Origin: Candidatus Microgenomates bacterium
GTDB lineage: Bacteria; Patescibacteriota; Microgenomatia; UBA8517
Direction of reading: 5' to 3'
NCBI GenBank assembly: GCA_049519355.1
Contig: JBEKQV010000003.1
Coordinates: 83,646 to 147,645, forward strand
DNA length: 64,000 nucleotides
Shown: positions 29,093 to 38,103 of the stretch, piece after piece
How positions within the stretch are numbered: position 1 is the first letter of the stretch
How the letters are laid out: each line of letters starts with the position of its first letter
Translations under genes and position numbers: made by a program
Notes under the pieces: generated by a model
What the model was told of the DNA's origin: nothing
What the model saw: only the letters and a program-made list of their open reading frames with translations
Databases searched by the model: none

Positions 29093-29677
29093 TTAGTTAA
29101 GTCTCATCCCGATTTCTCTCAAAATATTTTCAACGTTAGCTGCATTGTAAAAATTTCTTGTTTCCGTTCTAACAGTTACAAATTTCATTCCGGGATTTTC
29201 ATCAATATAAGTTAATACCTCACCGCGGACAGCCTTTTCTTTCGGAGAATTCCCCCCTTCATCAACTAAAATTCCCAGGTCAGCTTTCTTAACCGCGCCA
29301 ATTTCAACCATCGGATCAAAAACACCACGATAAAGTTCCAGGTCTCTTTGGCTTATTAGCCCAAGTTTCCGCTCCGCTTGCATCTCCAATAAATCCATCT
29401 CAAATGACATACCCAAGATCACACTCTTTCCGGAATATTTTTTAATACTTTCAACCTTGTCAACCAAAAGCTGTATATGGAATCTTAAACTACTTTCCGC
29501 CGGATCTCTCAAATAGTCTCCCCGATATGGATTTCTAATCGAATTATTATTTATTAAGTGGGCACCAAGTTTTCCTGAAAGAATCACGGGTAAAAAAGAC
29601 TTTTCAAATTCTGAAACACCGAAAAAACCGATAATTTTCGGTTCTTTTGCAAATCTTTCCTTTAATTCTGCCAACAT
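29093..29677 (-). CDS. Hypothetical protein
   Basis: 194 aa, no P-loop or other motif recognised. Co-oriented and tightly packed with tmk. Confidence 0.35.
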   Translation of the reverse strand: MLAELKERFAKEPKIIGFFGVSEFEKSFLPVILSGKLGAHLINNNSIRNPYRGDYLRDPAESSLRFHIQLLVDKVESIKKYSGKSVILGMSFEMDLLEMQAERKLGLISQRDLELYRGVFDPMVEIGAVKKADLGILVDEGGNSPKEKAVRGEVLTYIDENPGMKFVTVRTETRNFYNAANVENILREIGMRLN

Positions 29678-29679
29678 AA

Positions 29680-29901
29680 TTACATTGATAAAGTCCGCCC
29701 AGGGACAGGATCAGGAGGTCCTTGTCTTTCACTCAAAGGCTTATGTTCAAAATTCGCACATTGAAAAAGATCTCCGTCAACTCTTTCGAAATATACATCT
29801 TTACCGTGTACCGGACAATCTGCCCTCACATAATCATCTTGAATTCCCTTAATAATCTTTTGAAAAATTTCCAAACCGCGTCGGGCAGTTCTTTCCACCA
29901 C
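29680..29901 (-). CDS. Small hypothetical protein with a Cys/His pattern (C-P-V-H...C...H)
   Basis: 73-aa ORF, 2-bp gap to the next gene. Possible zinc-binding mini-protein. Confidence 0.3.
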   Translation of the reverse strand: MVERTARRGLEIFQKIIKGIQDDYVRADCPVHGKDVYFERVDGDLFQCANFEHKPLSERQGPPDPVPGRTLSM

Positions 29902-29904
29902 GAC

Positions 29905-31704
29905 TTATACCCCCAACTCCTTTCTTTTTTTATCTGTCCATTTTTCCGATTCCCGCCGGGCAAGCGAGTAATCATTCATATCAACCTTCATACCGGCAAA
30001 CAAGTCCGGATGAACGGCACTGGCTTGAGTCGCCATCTCCTGAACTATATGCCTGTAATGCGAACGGCCTTGGGGACCGGTCCGAAGTTCGCCCATGTAG
30101 TACATTTCTCTAGCGGTTAAGTTAACATACCAATGCTGGATATAAGCAAACGCAACAGTATACTGTGCAACTTCGGGAAATTCTTTGTGGATTAATTCAT
30201 AAACTGGAGAGACAAGCTTAAGAGCGATTTCAATTTCATTAACAAAGGGCGAGGCCAAAACCTCTTTTTCGACATCATAACCCCATTTCGTCGTAAAAGG
30301 CTGACGCTCCTGGGTAAGCAGGCGGTGTCTGTGAAGATCTCTATAGTCGCCGCCTCTTGCCCAAAGTGCAAAAGTGTATCTCGAATTCTCAAAAGCCCTG
30401 GGAACTCTTTTAAATCTTACGTCCTCTCTTTTTGGGTTGTTATTGCCGGGGCTTCTTTGTTCAAATATCCTTTCAAAGATTTTTCTTCTCTCGTCCTTCG
30501 ACATTCCGACAACTCTCGCCCGAACCTCAGAGTAGTTAGGAGACGACCCCCCACCAAATATAAAAGCCGTTAGAACATCTACTTCCCCTGTCTTTGTGTA
30601 GTCAATAAGTTTTGACCAACCACCCCTTTCCATTTCTACCACACCCTTGAATTTCTCATCGGAAATTTCGTCACGGAGTCTCCTAATGTCTTTCTTATAC
30701 TCCTGGAGTTCCTTCCCCATTGGAGTATCAACCCTTCGAATAAATGAGGGTGTTACGCGCTGCAGTTCAGAAGCGATTTTAGAACCCCAATAACGCAACT
30801 CTCCCAATGGATGTCTGGCAATCCGGTTAATCAAATATTCGTATGATCTGCCGTTGCCGTACAAACCAATATTTGTCAGCGTAGAAAAAGTCAATAAATC
30901 TCTCAAATCATCAAAAACTTTGGCCCGGCGTGATTTTTCAAATGATGCATCACTTTCGTCATCTCCTTTTGGAAAAACGTCTTTTATATAGTTAAAGTAA
31001 GGCTCTACCAATCTAGCGTAAGTTCCAAAAAGAATATCCGTCATAGCTCGATAGGAACGCTCGTATACTGTGCCCTTTATTTCTCCCGGAACAACATATT
31101 TATAATTACCATCAGGAAGCTTGTCTGCAAATGAAACATACCTTGACGATTTTTCGATTGGTGAAATTCCAATTCTTTGATCCTCAATCTCTTTGGTTGC
31201 TACATTCGAGAGCCCTTCTATACAAAGGTGGATTCCTCCAAGTTCCGATATGGAATCGTCTCCAAAATCCACAAGCCATTTATTAAAAAAGTTTCTGCCT
31301 CTTTGAATATTAACAATATAATCAATGCCTCCATTGGTGTTCAAAAAATTAATCAGCTCAACAAATTTTTGCCGCGACAGTAGCGTTTCCTGCTGTTCCT
31401 TGTGGGACAAACTCGACCAATTTTTTTGACTTTCAGGATGAACAATCGGTTCTACATACTCTTTAAGAAATGTTCTGCGCATGCTTTCGGTTGCACGGCT
31501 ATATTTCGCCGACAAAGCCCCGATTACTTCCTCAGGAAGATGTTGAACAACAAAAACAGATTGATCAATATTGCTGAAAAACGGATTTAAGTACCGGACT
31601 TCCTCCGGAGTAAATTTTTCGGAAGTATATGGGGGAGCAAATTGTTCAAGATTCTCACCTTCGACTTCTTCCCGTCTAAAACTATGTGCGGCAAATTCCG
31701 GCAT
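29905..31704 (-). CDS. Large RHR-motif protein, tentatively a long flavin-dependent thymidylate synthase (ThyX-like) paralogue
   Basis: 599 aa. LHRHRLLTQERQ resembles the ThyX RHRx7-8S dUMP-binding signature and ALSAKYSRATE resembles the ThyX N-terminal AARVSY segment. It lies between tmk and MazG/dCMP-deaminase genes. The assignment is weak. Confidence 0.3.
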   Translation of the reverse strand: MPEFAAHSFRREEVEGENLEQFAPPYTSEKFTPEEVRYLNPFFSNIDQSVFVVQHLPEEVIGALSAKYSRATESMRRTFLKEYVEPIVHPESQKNWSSLSHKEQQETLLSRQKFVELINFLNTNGGIDYIVNIQRGRNFFNKWLVDFGDDSISELGGIHLCIEGLSNVATKEIEDQRIGISPIEKSSRYVSFADKLPDGNYKYVVPGEIKGTVYERSYRAMTDILFGTYARLVEPYFNYIKDVFPKGDDESDASFEKSRRAKVFDDLRDLLTFSTLTNIGLYGNGRSYEYLINRIARHPLGELRYWGSKIASELQRVTPSFIRRVDTPMGKELQEYKKDIRRLRDEISDEKFKGVVEMERGGWSKLIDYTKTGEVDVLTAFIFGGGSSPNYSEVRARVVGMSKDERRKIFERIFEQRSPGNNNPKREDVRFKRVPRAFENSRYTFALWARGGDYRDLHRHRLLTQERQPFTTKWGYDVEKEVLASPFVNEIEIALKLVSPVYELIHKEFPEVAQYTVAFAYIQHWYVNLTAREMYYMGELRTGPQGRSHYRHIVQEMATQASAVHPDLFAGMKVDMNDYSLARRESEKWTDKKRKELGV

Positions 31705-31788
31705 GATTTATTTCTTAAGAGTATTTACCAACAAATAAAAATCGTGTCAATACGCAAAGATTTACCCTCATAACTCAACAGTTAGTAT

Positions 31789-32145
31789 TTACCTTTTGTC
31801 TCCGCTTCCGTGAAGGGTTCCGCGTTTTTGGCGAGATGCAAGTTTTTCTAAATTCGCCTTAAAAACATCGGAGAATTTTATTCCCAGTTCGGTTGAAAGT
31901 TGGGCGGTATACCACATCATGTCGCCAATTTCCGCTTTAATTTCATCACGCCTCACGTTATTAATCTTTCCTTTGTCATCACGGATAAGTTTTTTAATTT
32001 TATTGGCAACTTCCCCCGCCTCTCCCATTAATCCAATGGTTGGATAAGAAAAATTTTTACCGATTTTCGGATAAACGGCGGTTTTCTTACACTGTTTTTG
32101 ATAATCATCAAAATCTGAAAAGGTCATTGAAAAAGATTTTATCAT
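31789..32145 (-). CDS. MazG-like nucleoside triphosphate pyrophosphohydrolase (all-alpha NTP-PPase)
   Basis: YPTIGLMGEAGEVANKIKK ... EIGDMMWYTAQLSTELGI are the two metal-binding EExxE/D-like helices of the MazG family. Confidence 0.65.
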   Translation of the reverse strand: MIKSFSMTFSDFDDYQKQCKKTAVYPKIGKNFSYPTIGLMGEAGEVANKIKKLIRDDKGKINNVRRDEIKAEIGDMMWYTAQLSTELGIKFSDVFKANLEKLASRQKRGTLHGSGDKR

Positions 32146-32162
32146 ATATTAATGTGACGACA

Positions 32163-32717
32163 ATGCTAGTTATCGGTATAACAGGAACTTTAGGTGCGGG
32201 AAAAGGAACCATTGTTGATTATTTGGTCTGGCAAAAAGGATTTAAGCACTTCTCGGTTGGAGATTTCATTAAAGAAAGCGTTATAAAAAAGGGGTTGGAT
32301 CCAAATCGCGATAATCTCCGTGTTGTTGGCAACGAAATTAGAAAAAAATTTGGCCCTGATTATTTTACTCGAATACTTTTTGAGCGCGCAAAAAAAACTG
32401 GGTCGGATTCAATAATAGAAAGCATTAGAAATCCCAAGGAAGTAGAGTTTATTAAGAAAAATGGTGGATATTTATTCGCCGTAGATGCAAATCAGAAAAC
32501 GAGATATGAAAGAATCAAGGATAGAGGTACCACCAAAGACATGGTAACTTTTGATCAATTTAAAATTCAGGAAGAAAAAGAAGGACAATCGAAGGATCCT
32601 AACGCTCAAAATTTACCGAAATGCATATCAATGGCAGATTATAAATTTGACAATAATGGTAGTATAAAAAAACTTTATGAAGAAGTCGAAAAAGTCATCA
32701 ACAAAATCAAAAGTTAA
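32163..32717 (+). CDS. P-loop nucleotide/nucleoside monophosphate kinase (dNMP-kinase or dephospho-CoA-kinase-like)
   Basis: Start at MLVIGITGTLGAGKGT (Walker A). The longer ORF from 32040 would overlap the divergent MazG gene. ~185 aa with a LID-like RYERIKDRG. Confidence 0.55.
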   Translation: MLVIGITGTLGAGKGTIVDYLVWQKGFKHFSVGDFIKESVIKKGLDPNRDNLRVVGNEIRKKFGPDYFTRILFERAKKTGSDSIIESIRNPKEVEFIKKNGGYLFAVDANQKTRYERIKDRGTTKDMVTFDQFKIQEEKEGQSKDPNAQNLPKCISMADYKFDNNGSIKKLYEEVEKVINKIKS

Positions 32718-32718
32718 A

Positions 32719-33213
32719 ATGATTCGAAAATATGCACGTCCCACTTGGGATGATTATTTTATGGAAGTTGCCGATGCCGTTTCCAAAAGAGCAACATGCG
32801 ACAGGGCAAGAAGCGGCTGTGTAATTGCTAAAGATAAACAAATACTGGCGACGGGTTATGTCGGTTCACCAATGGGGTTTCCCCACTGTGACGATGTCGG
32901 CCACGATCTCAGGAAAGCCTTCAATGAAGACGGAACAATTTCACAACACTGTGTTAGAACCGTCCACGCGGAACAAAATGCGATTTGCCAGGCAGCAAAA
33001 CGCGGGGTTTCTATCGATGGTGCAACCGTTTACTGCCGAATGACACCCTGCCGGGTTTGTACAATGCTGCTAATAAATTGTGGTATTAAAAGAGTTTATG
33101 CGGAAAGAAAATATCATACCGGGCGTGAATCCGAAAAGATCTTCAAAAAGGCTGGAATAAAAATCGTATATAAATATAACGAGATTCAGAAATACGCGAA
33201 TCAAAAGGCTTAA
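32719..33213 (+). CDS. dCMP deaminase (ComEB-like)
   Basis: Zinc motifs HAEQNAI and PCRVCTMLL (H-A-E ... P-C-x-x-C). Start at MIRKYARPTWDDYFM, 1 nt after the kinase stop. Confidence 0.8.
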   Translation: MIRKYARPTWDDYFMEVADAVSKRATCDRARSGCVIAKDKQILATGYVGSPMGFPHCDDVGHDLRKAFNEDGTISQHCVRTVHAEQNAICQAAKRGVSIDGATVYCRMTPCRVCTMLLINCGIKRVYAERKYHTGRESEKIFKKAGIKIVYKYNEIQKYANQKA

Positions 33214-35159
33214 TTAGTACCTGGTGCCGCTTCTTCTTTCTTGGGGCTTCTCCAACTCGCCCATTTGCAATCGGGGTAGCGTGAACAGCCAAAAAACTTT
33301 CTGCCCTTTCCCGTCTTTTTGACAATCACATCCCCGATTTTACATTCGGGACATTTAACTCCGACTTTTTCCAAATATTTTTCCGTGTATTTGCAATCGG
33401 GAAAACGGGAACAGGAAATAAACTTACCGAATCTTCCGGTCCGGACAACCAACTCTCCGATTCCACATTCCGGGCATTTTTTACCGAGCTTCTCAACTTC
33501 AATCTTTACCCTTTTTGCATTTTTCTCAACCTCCGATAGCCTCTTTTCAAAAGGTCCGTAAAATTCCTTAATCGGCGTCTCCCATTTAAGAATCCCATTG
33601 GCAATATCGTCAAGTTCCCCTTCCATCTGTGCAGTAAATTGATATTCAAAAATTCCGGGGAAATTATCAATCAAAAAATCATTAACTGCAACTCCGATTG
33701 CCGTCGGGACAAATTGCTTGCTGTCATTTTTCTCTACATAATTCCTAATTTGAATAGTAGAAATAGTCGGGGCATAAGTCGATGGCCGACCTATACCCAA
33801 CTTTTCCAAAGTTTTAATTAGCGAAGCCTCGTTATATCTTGCCGGCGGCTGGGTAAACTTTTGTTCCCCCCAAGTTTTTATTAAATCGAGACTCTCATCC
33901 TTCGAAACTTCGGGCAAAACTATAGCCGCTTCCGAATCCAACTTGCTCGGAATTACTTTTCTCCAACCGTCGAAATTCATGATTTGCCCGGAAGCTCTCA
34001 AAAGATAAACTCCCGCCGAAACATCGATTGTGGTTTCATCATAGATAGAAGGTGTCATCTGGCAGGCGACAAACCTCCGCCAAATCAAATCATAAAGTTT
34101 CGAAAAGTCTTGCTCTTCCAAGTTTATTTGATGATTGGAAACATCCGTCGGACGGATTGCTTCATGAGCTTCCTGCGCAACTTTTGAGGTAGTCTTGTAA
34201 AAACGCGGTTTTTCGGGCAAATATTTGTCCCCATACTCTTTCTTAATAAAATCGCGGGCCTTGCCAACTGCCGCCGCATTCAAATTAAGTGAATCGGTTC
34301 TATGATATGTAATCAAACCTTCCTCATATAATTTTTGGGCGATCGACATTGTCTTTTTGGATGACCATCCAAAAATTCTGGCTCCGGCCTGTGTCATTGT
34401 CGAAGTTGTAAAAGGAGCATAAGGACTTTTTACGATCTGCCGTTTTCTGACATCGACAACTTTATACTTTTCTTTCCCGAGTTCCCCTAAAATTTTATCC
34501 GACTCGGCCTTGGTCTTAACTTTGGCATTTTTATCGCCAATATTTACAAGCTGGACTGTAAATTCACTTTTGCCCTTAACTGTTGAGAAAATTTCCCAAT
34601 ATTCTTCTGACCTAAATTTTTCGATTTCCCTTTCCTTTTCAACAATCAACCGCACAGCAACCGATTGAACCCTTCCGGCTGAAAGTCCGACTCTTACCTT
34701 TTTCCAAAGCAGAGGGGAAAGTTTGTACCCCACAAGCCGGTCCAAAACACGCCTTGCCGTCTGGGCATCAACTAAATTTGTATCAATATCCCGAGGATTA
34801 TTAAGTGCTTCTTCAACCGCTTCCTTCGTAATTTCATGAAAAGTAATTCTTTCAATCTTATGCTTTCCGTCGATAATTTCTTTTACATGAGAGGCAATTG
34901 CTTCACCTTCGCGGTCAGGATCGGAGGCAATATAAGTAACTTTCGCTTTTTTACTTTTGGCGATAAGGTCGTTTATTGTCTGCTCTCTTTTCGGAACATC
35001 TACATACTGTGGAGCGAAATTATGCTCTATATCAACACCCAAGGTGCTTTTGGGCAAGTCCTTAATATGCCCCATTGTTGCCTCAACGTCGTAATCTGGC
35101 CCGAGAAAACGGCCCAGTGTTTTGGCTTTTGTTGGTGACTCGACGATAATTAAATCCAT
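33210..35159 (-). CDS. topA: DNA topoisomerase I
   Basis: Toprim start MDLIIVESPTKAKTLGRFLG, catalytic Tyr region, C-terminal Zn ribbons (CPECG...C..C twice). Start at the internal Met. Confidence 0.9.
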   Translation of the reverse strand: MDLIIVESPTKAKTLGRFLGPDYDVEATMGHIKDLPKSTLGVDIEHNFAPQYVDVPKREQTINDLIAKSKKAKVTYIASDPDREGEAIASHVKEIIDGKHKIERITFHEITKEAVEEALNNPRDIDTNLVDAQTARRVLDRLVGYKLSPLLWKKVRVGLSAGRVQSVAVRLIVEKEREIEKFRSEEYWEIFSTVKGKSEFTVQLVNIGDKNAKVKTKAESDKILGELGKEKYKVVDVRKRQIVKSPYAPFTTSTMTQAGARIFGWSSKKTMSIAQKLYEEGLITYHRTDSLNLNAAAVGKARDFIKKEYGDKYLPEKPRFYKTTSKVAQEAHEAIRPTDVSNHQINLEEQDFSKLYDLIWRRFVACQMTPSIYDETTIDVSAGVYLLRASGQIMNFDGWRKVIPSKLDSEAAIVLPEVSKDESLDLIKTWGEQKFTQPPARYNEASLIKTLEKLGIGRPSTYAPTISTIQIRNYVEKNDSKQFVPTAIGVAVNDFLIDNFPGIFEYQFTAQMEGELDDIANGILKWETPIKEFYGPFEKRLSEVEKNAKRVKIEVEKLGKKCPECGIGELVVRTGRFGKFISCSRFPDCKYTEKYLEKVGVKCPECKIGDVIVKKTGKGRKFFGCSRYPDCKWASWRSPKKEEAAPGTN

Positions 35160-35335
35160 ATTAGATTTTCTTATAAATTCCACGCCCAATATCTTTTACC
35201 ATCCTTCCACTCCCATGATTGTCAGTCTAGCAGAAATATCTGTGGTTTTGGCACCTGATATTCTAACAAGCATATCAATATATAAGTTCGGTCTGTTCTA
35301 GTTTAAACAATTAACTCCTCCTGATAAAGAACAAA

Positions 35336-36949
35336 TTATTGACTGCTTTGCGAAGAGAAGTACTCATTGGCAATTGTTCTGGCAACGGGTCCAGCAACCG
35401 ATGAACCCTCTCCGCCGCGCTCAAATAAAACCGTAACAACTATCTGAGGATTATCGGCAGGAGCAAAAAAAGTAAACCATGCATGTGGAATTCCGTCGGT
35501 TTCAACCTCAGCAGTCCCAGTTTTACAAGCTACCTGCATTCCGTTGTGAGTCGCGGCAAAATCAAAAAAAGTAAAGGCTGTTCCTCCTGTCGAACAAGCA
35601 TCTTCCATCCCCTGTTTTATTAAGTCCAAATTATTTTTAGAAACGGCAACCGTGTGACAAACCGCGGAGCTCGCGGCATCAAACGTCGGTTGGCAAATTT
35701 TGCCTCCTTCCGCAATTCCGGAAATATAAGTATTAAGTTCAACCGGAGTTATAGAAACATCCCCCTGACCTATTGCCATATGGTATGTGTCGCCCAAAAA
35801 CCACGACTCATCTTTGGTTGCCTGCTTCCATTCGGGAGTCGGGATTAGTCCTTCCGTTTCTCCCGGAATATCGATGCCGGTTGGAGCGTTCAAACCGAAT
35901 TTGTCGGCCCATTTTGCAATCGCATCCGGCCCGACCATTTGCCCAACCTTATAGAAAAAGGTATCGGTCGAGCGGGCAATAGCACGGACCAAACCGATAT
36001 TACCTTCGGTTCTTCCATACTCGGTAAAATACCAGTTTTTATAGGAAAAACCATTTACATTAATAACGCCCGGATCGTTGAAAATAAAATTCTTATCAAT
36101 TGCTCCTTCTTCCAACGCCGCTATTGCCACGATGGGTTTAAAAACGGAGCCCGGATGAAAAGTTCCGCTAACGACTCTATCCAGAAGAGGAAGATTAGAA
36201 TCGGTTAGGGACGGCACCAAATTGGTAGGGTCAAAGCTCGGTGAAGAATAAAAAGCCAAAATTTGCCCTTGAGGGTTTGTAACAATCACTCCGCCCTTTT
36301 TACCACCCATATTGGAAGCAACCAACGACTGCAAATTATAATCAATCGTAGTCTTAAGATCCTGTCCCGGAATTGGATCCCGTCTTCCCAACACTCTAAC
36401 TTCGTGTCCGCTCGTATTAACCTCAATAAGCTCCTCACCCGGAATCCCCCTTAACTGACAATCGTAATGTTCTTCCAGGCCTGTCGTTCCGACAAGATCT
36501 CCCAAGTTAAAAGGACCTTTGTCCGGACAATTCGGATCAATTTTCCCTATCTCACCACTCCCAACAACCGACAAGTATCCAACCGCATGAGCTGCAACAT
36601 CTCCCAAGGGATAAACTCTTTTATAATCTGTTACCATTTCCTCCAGTGTTGCATCCGTCAAGTCATCTGAGATGGTAAAACCGCTTTGTTCACTAAATAT
36701 TATCCTTTTCTGAATTCCGACGTTTCCCGCCAAGACTTCTCCGCCGCTTGCCAAAATCTGGCCTCTGGGAGCGGGAATCGGTACATGTCTAATCCTGTTC
36801 TCTTGAGAAAGTGTCCGGTAATAGTCACCTTTTATTATTTGAATTTCGAAAAGTTTCGTAAGGAGAATTAAAAATAGAAGAATTAAGATTCCTCTTAAAA
36901 ACCAGGAAAGCCAGGATTGATTATTGCTCGAGGCCAAAGAATTCATCAA
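35336..36949 (-). CDS. mrdA: Penicillin-binding protein 2 (class B transpeptidase)
   Basis: N-terminal TM, SxxK (SVFKP), SxN-like and KTGTAE motifs. Adjacent to mreB. Confidence 0.8.
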   Translation of the reverse strand: MMNSLASSNNQSWLSWFLRGILILLFLILLTKLFEIQIIKGDYYRTLSQENRIRHVPIPAPRGQILASGGEVLAGNVGIQKRIIFSEQSGFTISDDLTDATLEEMVTDYKRVYPLGDVAAHAVGYLSVVGSGEIGKIDPNCPDKGPFNLGDLVGTTGLEEHYDCQLRGIPGEELIEVNTSGHEVRVLGRRDPIPGQDLKTTIDYNLQSLVASNMGGKKGGVIVTNPQGQILAFYSSPSFDPTNLVPSLTDSNLPLLDRVVSGTFHPGSVFKPIVAIAALEEGAIDKNFIFNDPGVINVNGFSYKNWYFTEYGRTEGNIGLVRAIARSTDTFFYKVGQMVGPDAIAKWADKFGLNAPTGIDIPGETEGLIPTPEWKQATKDESWFLGDTYHMAIGQGDVSITPVELNTYISGIAEGGKICQPTFDAASSAVCHTVAVSKNNLDLIKQGMEDACSTGGTAFTFFDFAATHNGMQVACKTGTAEVETDGIPHAWFTFFAPADNPQIVVTVLFERGGEGSSVAGPVARTIANEYFSSQSSQ

Positions 36950-36953
36950 GCTA

Positions 36954-38033
36954 TTATAACCCCTTTGTTACCCTCATCCTTTTAAGAAGTCCGTTATCCT
37001 CCAAACAAGCACCACAGCCGCGGACAACACAGGTTAACGGATCATCGGCAATCCAAACAGGCATTTTTGTCGCCTCCGAAATCACCTTATCAATCCCCGG
37101 GATTAAAGACCCGCCTCCGGCTAAAGTAATTCCGCGCTCCATTATGTCACTTGTCAGCTCCGGCGGAGTTTCTTCCAATGTATCAACAATGTTACCGATA
37201 ATTTCCTGGATGATGGGACTTAGTGCCTCCTGAATCTCGCCGCTTGTAAGCTTAATAGACTTCGGAAGTCCCACTTCAAGATCCCTACCTCTGACGACCG
37301 CGAATCTATCTTTCTTCTCGGTTCCTTCCTTCGTTCTACCCGCCGATCCGATTGCAAACTTTACCGCCTCAGCAGTTGGCTGGCCCAAAAGCAAAGAGTA
37401 CTTAAGTCTGACATAACTAATTATCGCCTCATCCATTTCATCGCCGGCAACTCTGACACTTCTTCCAAGAACCATTCCACCCAGTGAGATTACGGCAATC
37501 TCGCTTGTTCCGCCGCCAATATCAACAATAAAAGTTCCTTCAGGCCCTTCAATAGGAAGCTTTGCACCAATCGCCGCCGCCATCGGCTCTTCAATCAAAT
37601 TTGCCTCTCTCGCACCGGCATCCAAACACGCATCAGCAACAGCTCTTCTTTCGACTTCGGTAACCCCCGACGGAATTCCGATTACAACTTTAGGACGGGG
37701 AATTTTTGGCATGGCGCTACCTGACTCATGAACTTTTTTAATGTAATAAGTAAGCATTGCCGCAGTTGCGTCAAAATCCGCAATAACCCCGTCCCGGAGC
37801 GGGCGTATTACTTCAATAGAGGCCGGAGCACGCCCCAGCATTTTTTTTGCAGAGGCGCCAATTGCCAAAATTTCTTTTGATTTTTTATGTCTTGCGACCG
37901 CCGAGGGTTCACGAATTACTATTCCTTTGCCTTTTACGTAAACCAAAGTATTAGCGGTTCCCAAATCAATTCCAATATCATGCGAGAAAAGTCCTAATAG
38001 TTGATCGATGGGGTTATAAAATTTCATCCGCAA
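36954..38033 (-). CDS. mreB: Rod-shape-determining protein MreB
   Basis: DIGIDLGTANTLVYV phosphate-1 motif, actin-fold motifs throughout, 359 aa. Confidence 0.9.
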   Translation of the reverse strand: MRMKFYNPIDQLLGLFSHDIGIDLGTANTLVYVKGKGIVIREPSAVARHKKSKEILAIGASAKKMLGRAPASIEVIRPLRDGVIADFDATAAMLTYYIKKVHESGSAMPKIPRPKVVIGIPSGVTEVERRAVADACLDAGAREANLIEEPMAAAIGAKLPIEGPEGTFIVDIGGGTSEIAVISLGGMVLGRSVRVAGDEMDEAIISYVRLKYSLLLGQPTAEAVKFAIGSAGRTKEGTEKKDRFAVVRGRDLEVGLPKSIKLTSGEIQEALSPIIQEIIGNIVDTLEETPPELTSDIMERGITLAGGGSLIPGIDKVISEATKMPVWIADDPLTCVVRGCGACLEDNGLLKRMRVTKGL

Positions 38034-38103
38034 CGCAGTATACCTATTTAACGGAAAGTTGCAAAGGGTTTTTGGCAGAAAACTTTATGTTACAATCGTA
38101 TAA

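Noticed and set aside
32040-32162. Longer 225-aa version of the P-loop kinase ORF starting at 32040
   Set aside because: The extra 41 codons overlap the divergent MazG-like gene and precede the Walker A motif with a non-conserved sequence. The internal ATG at 32163 gives a canonical kinase N-terminus.
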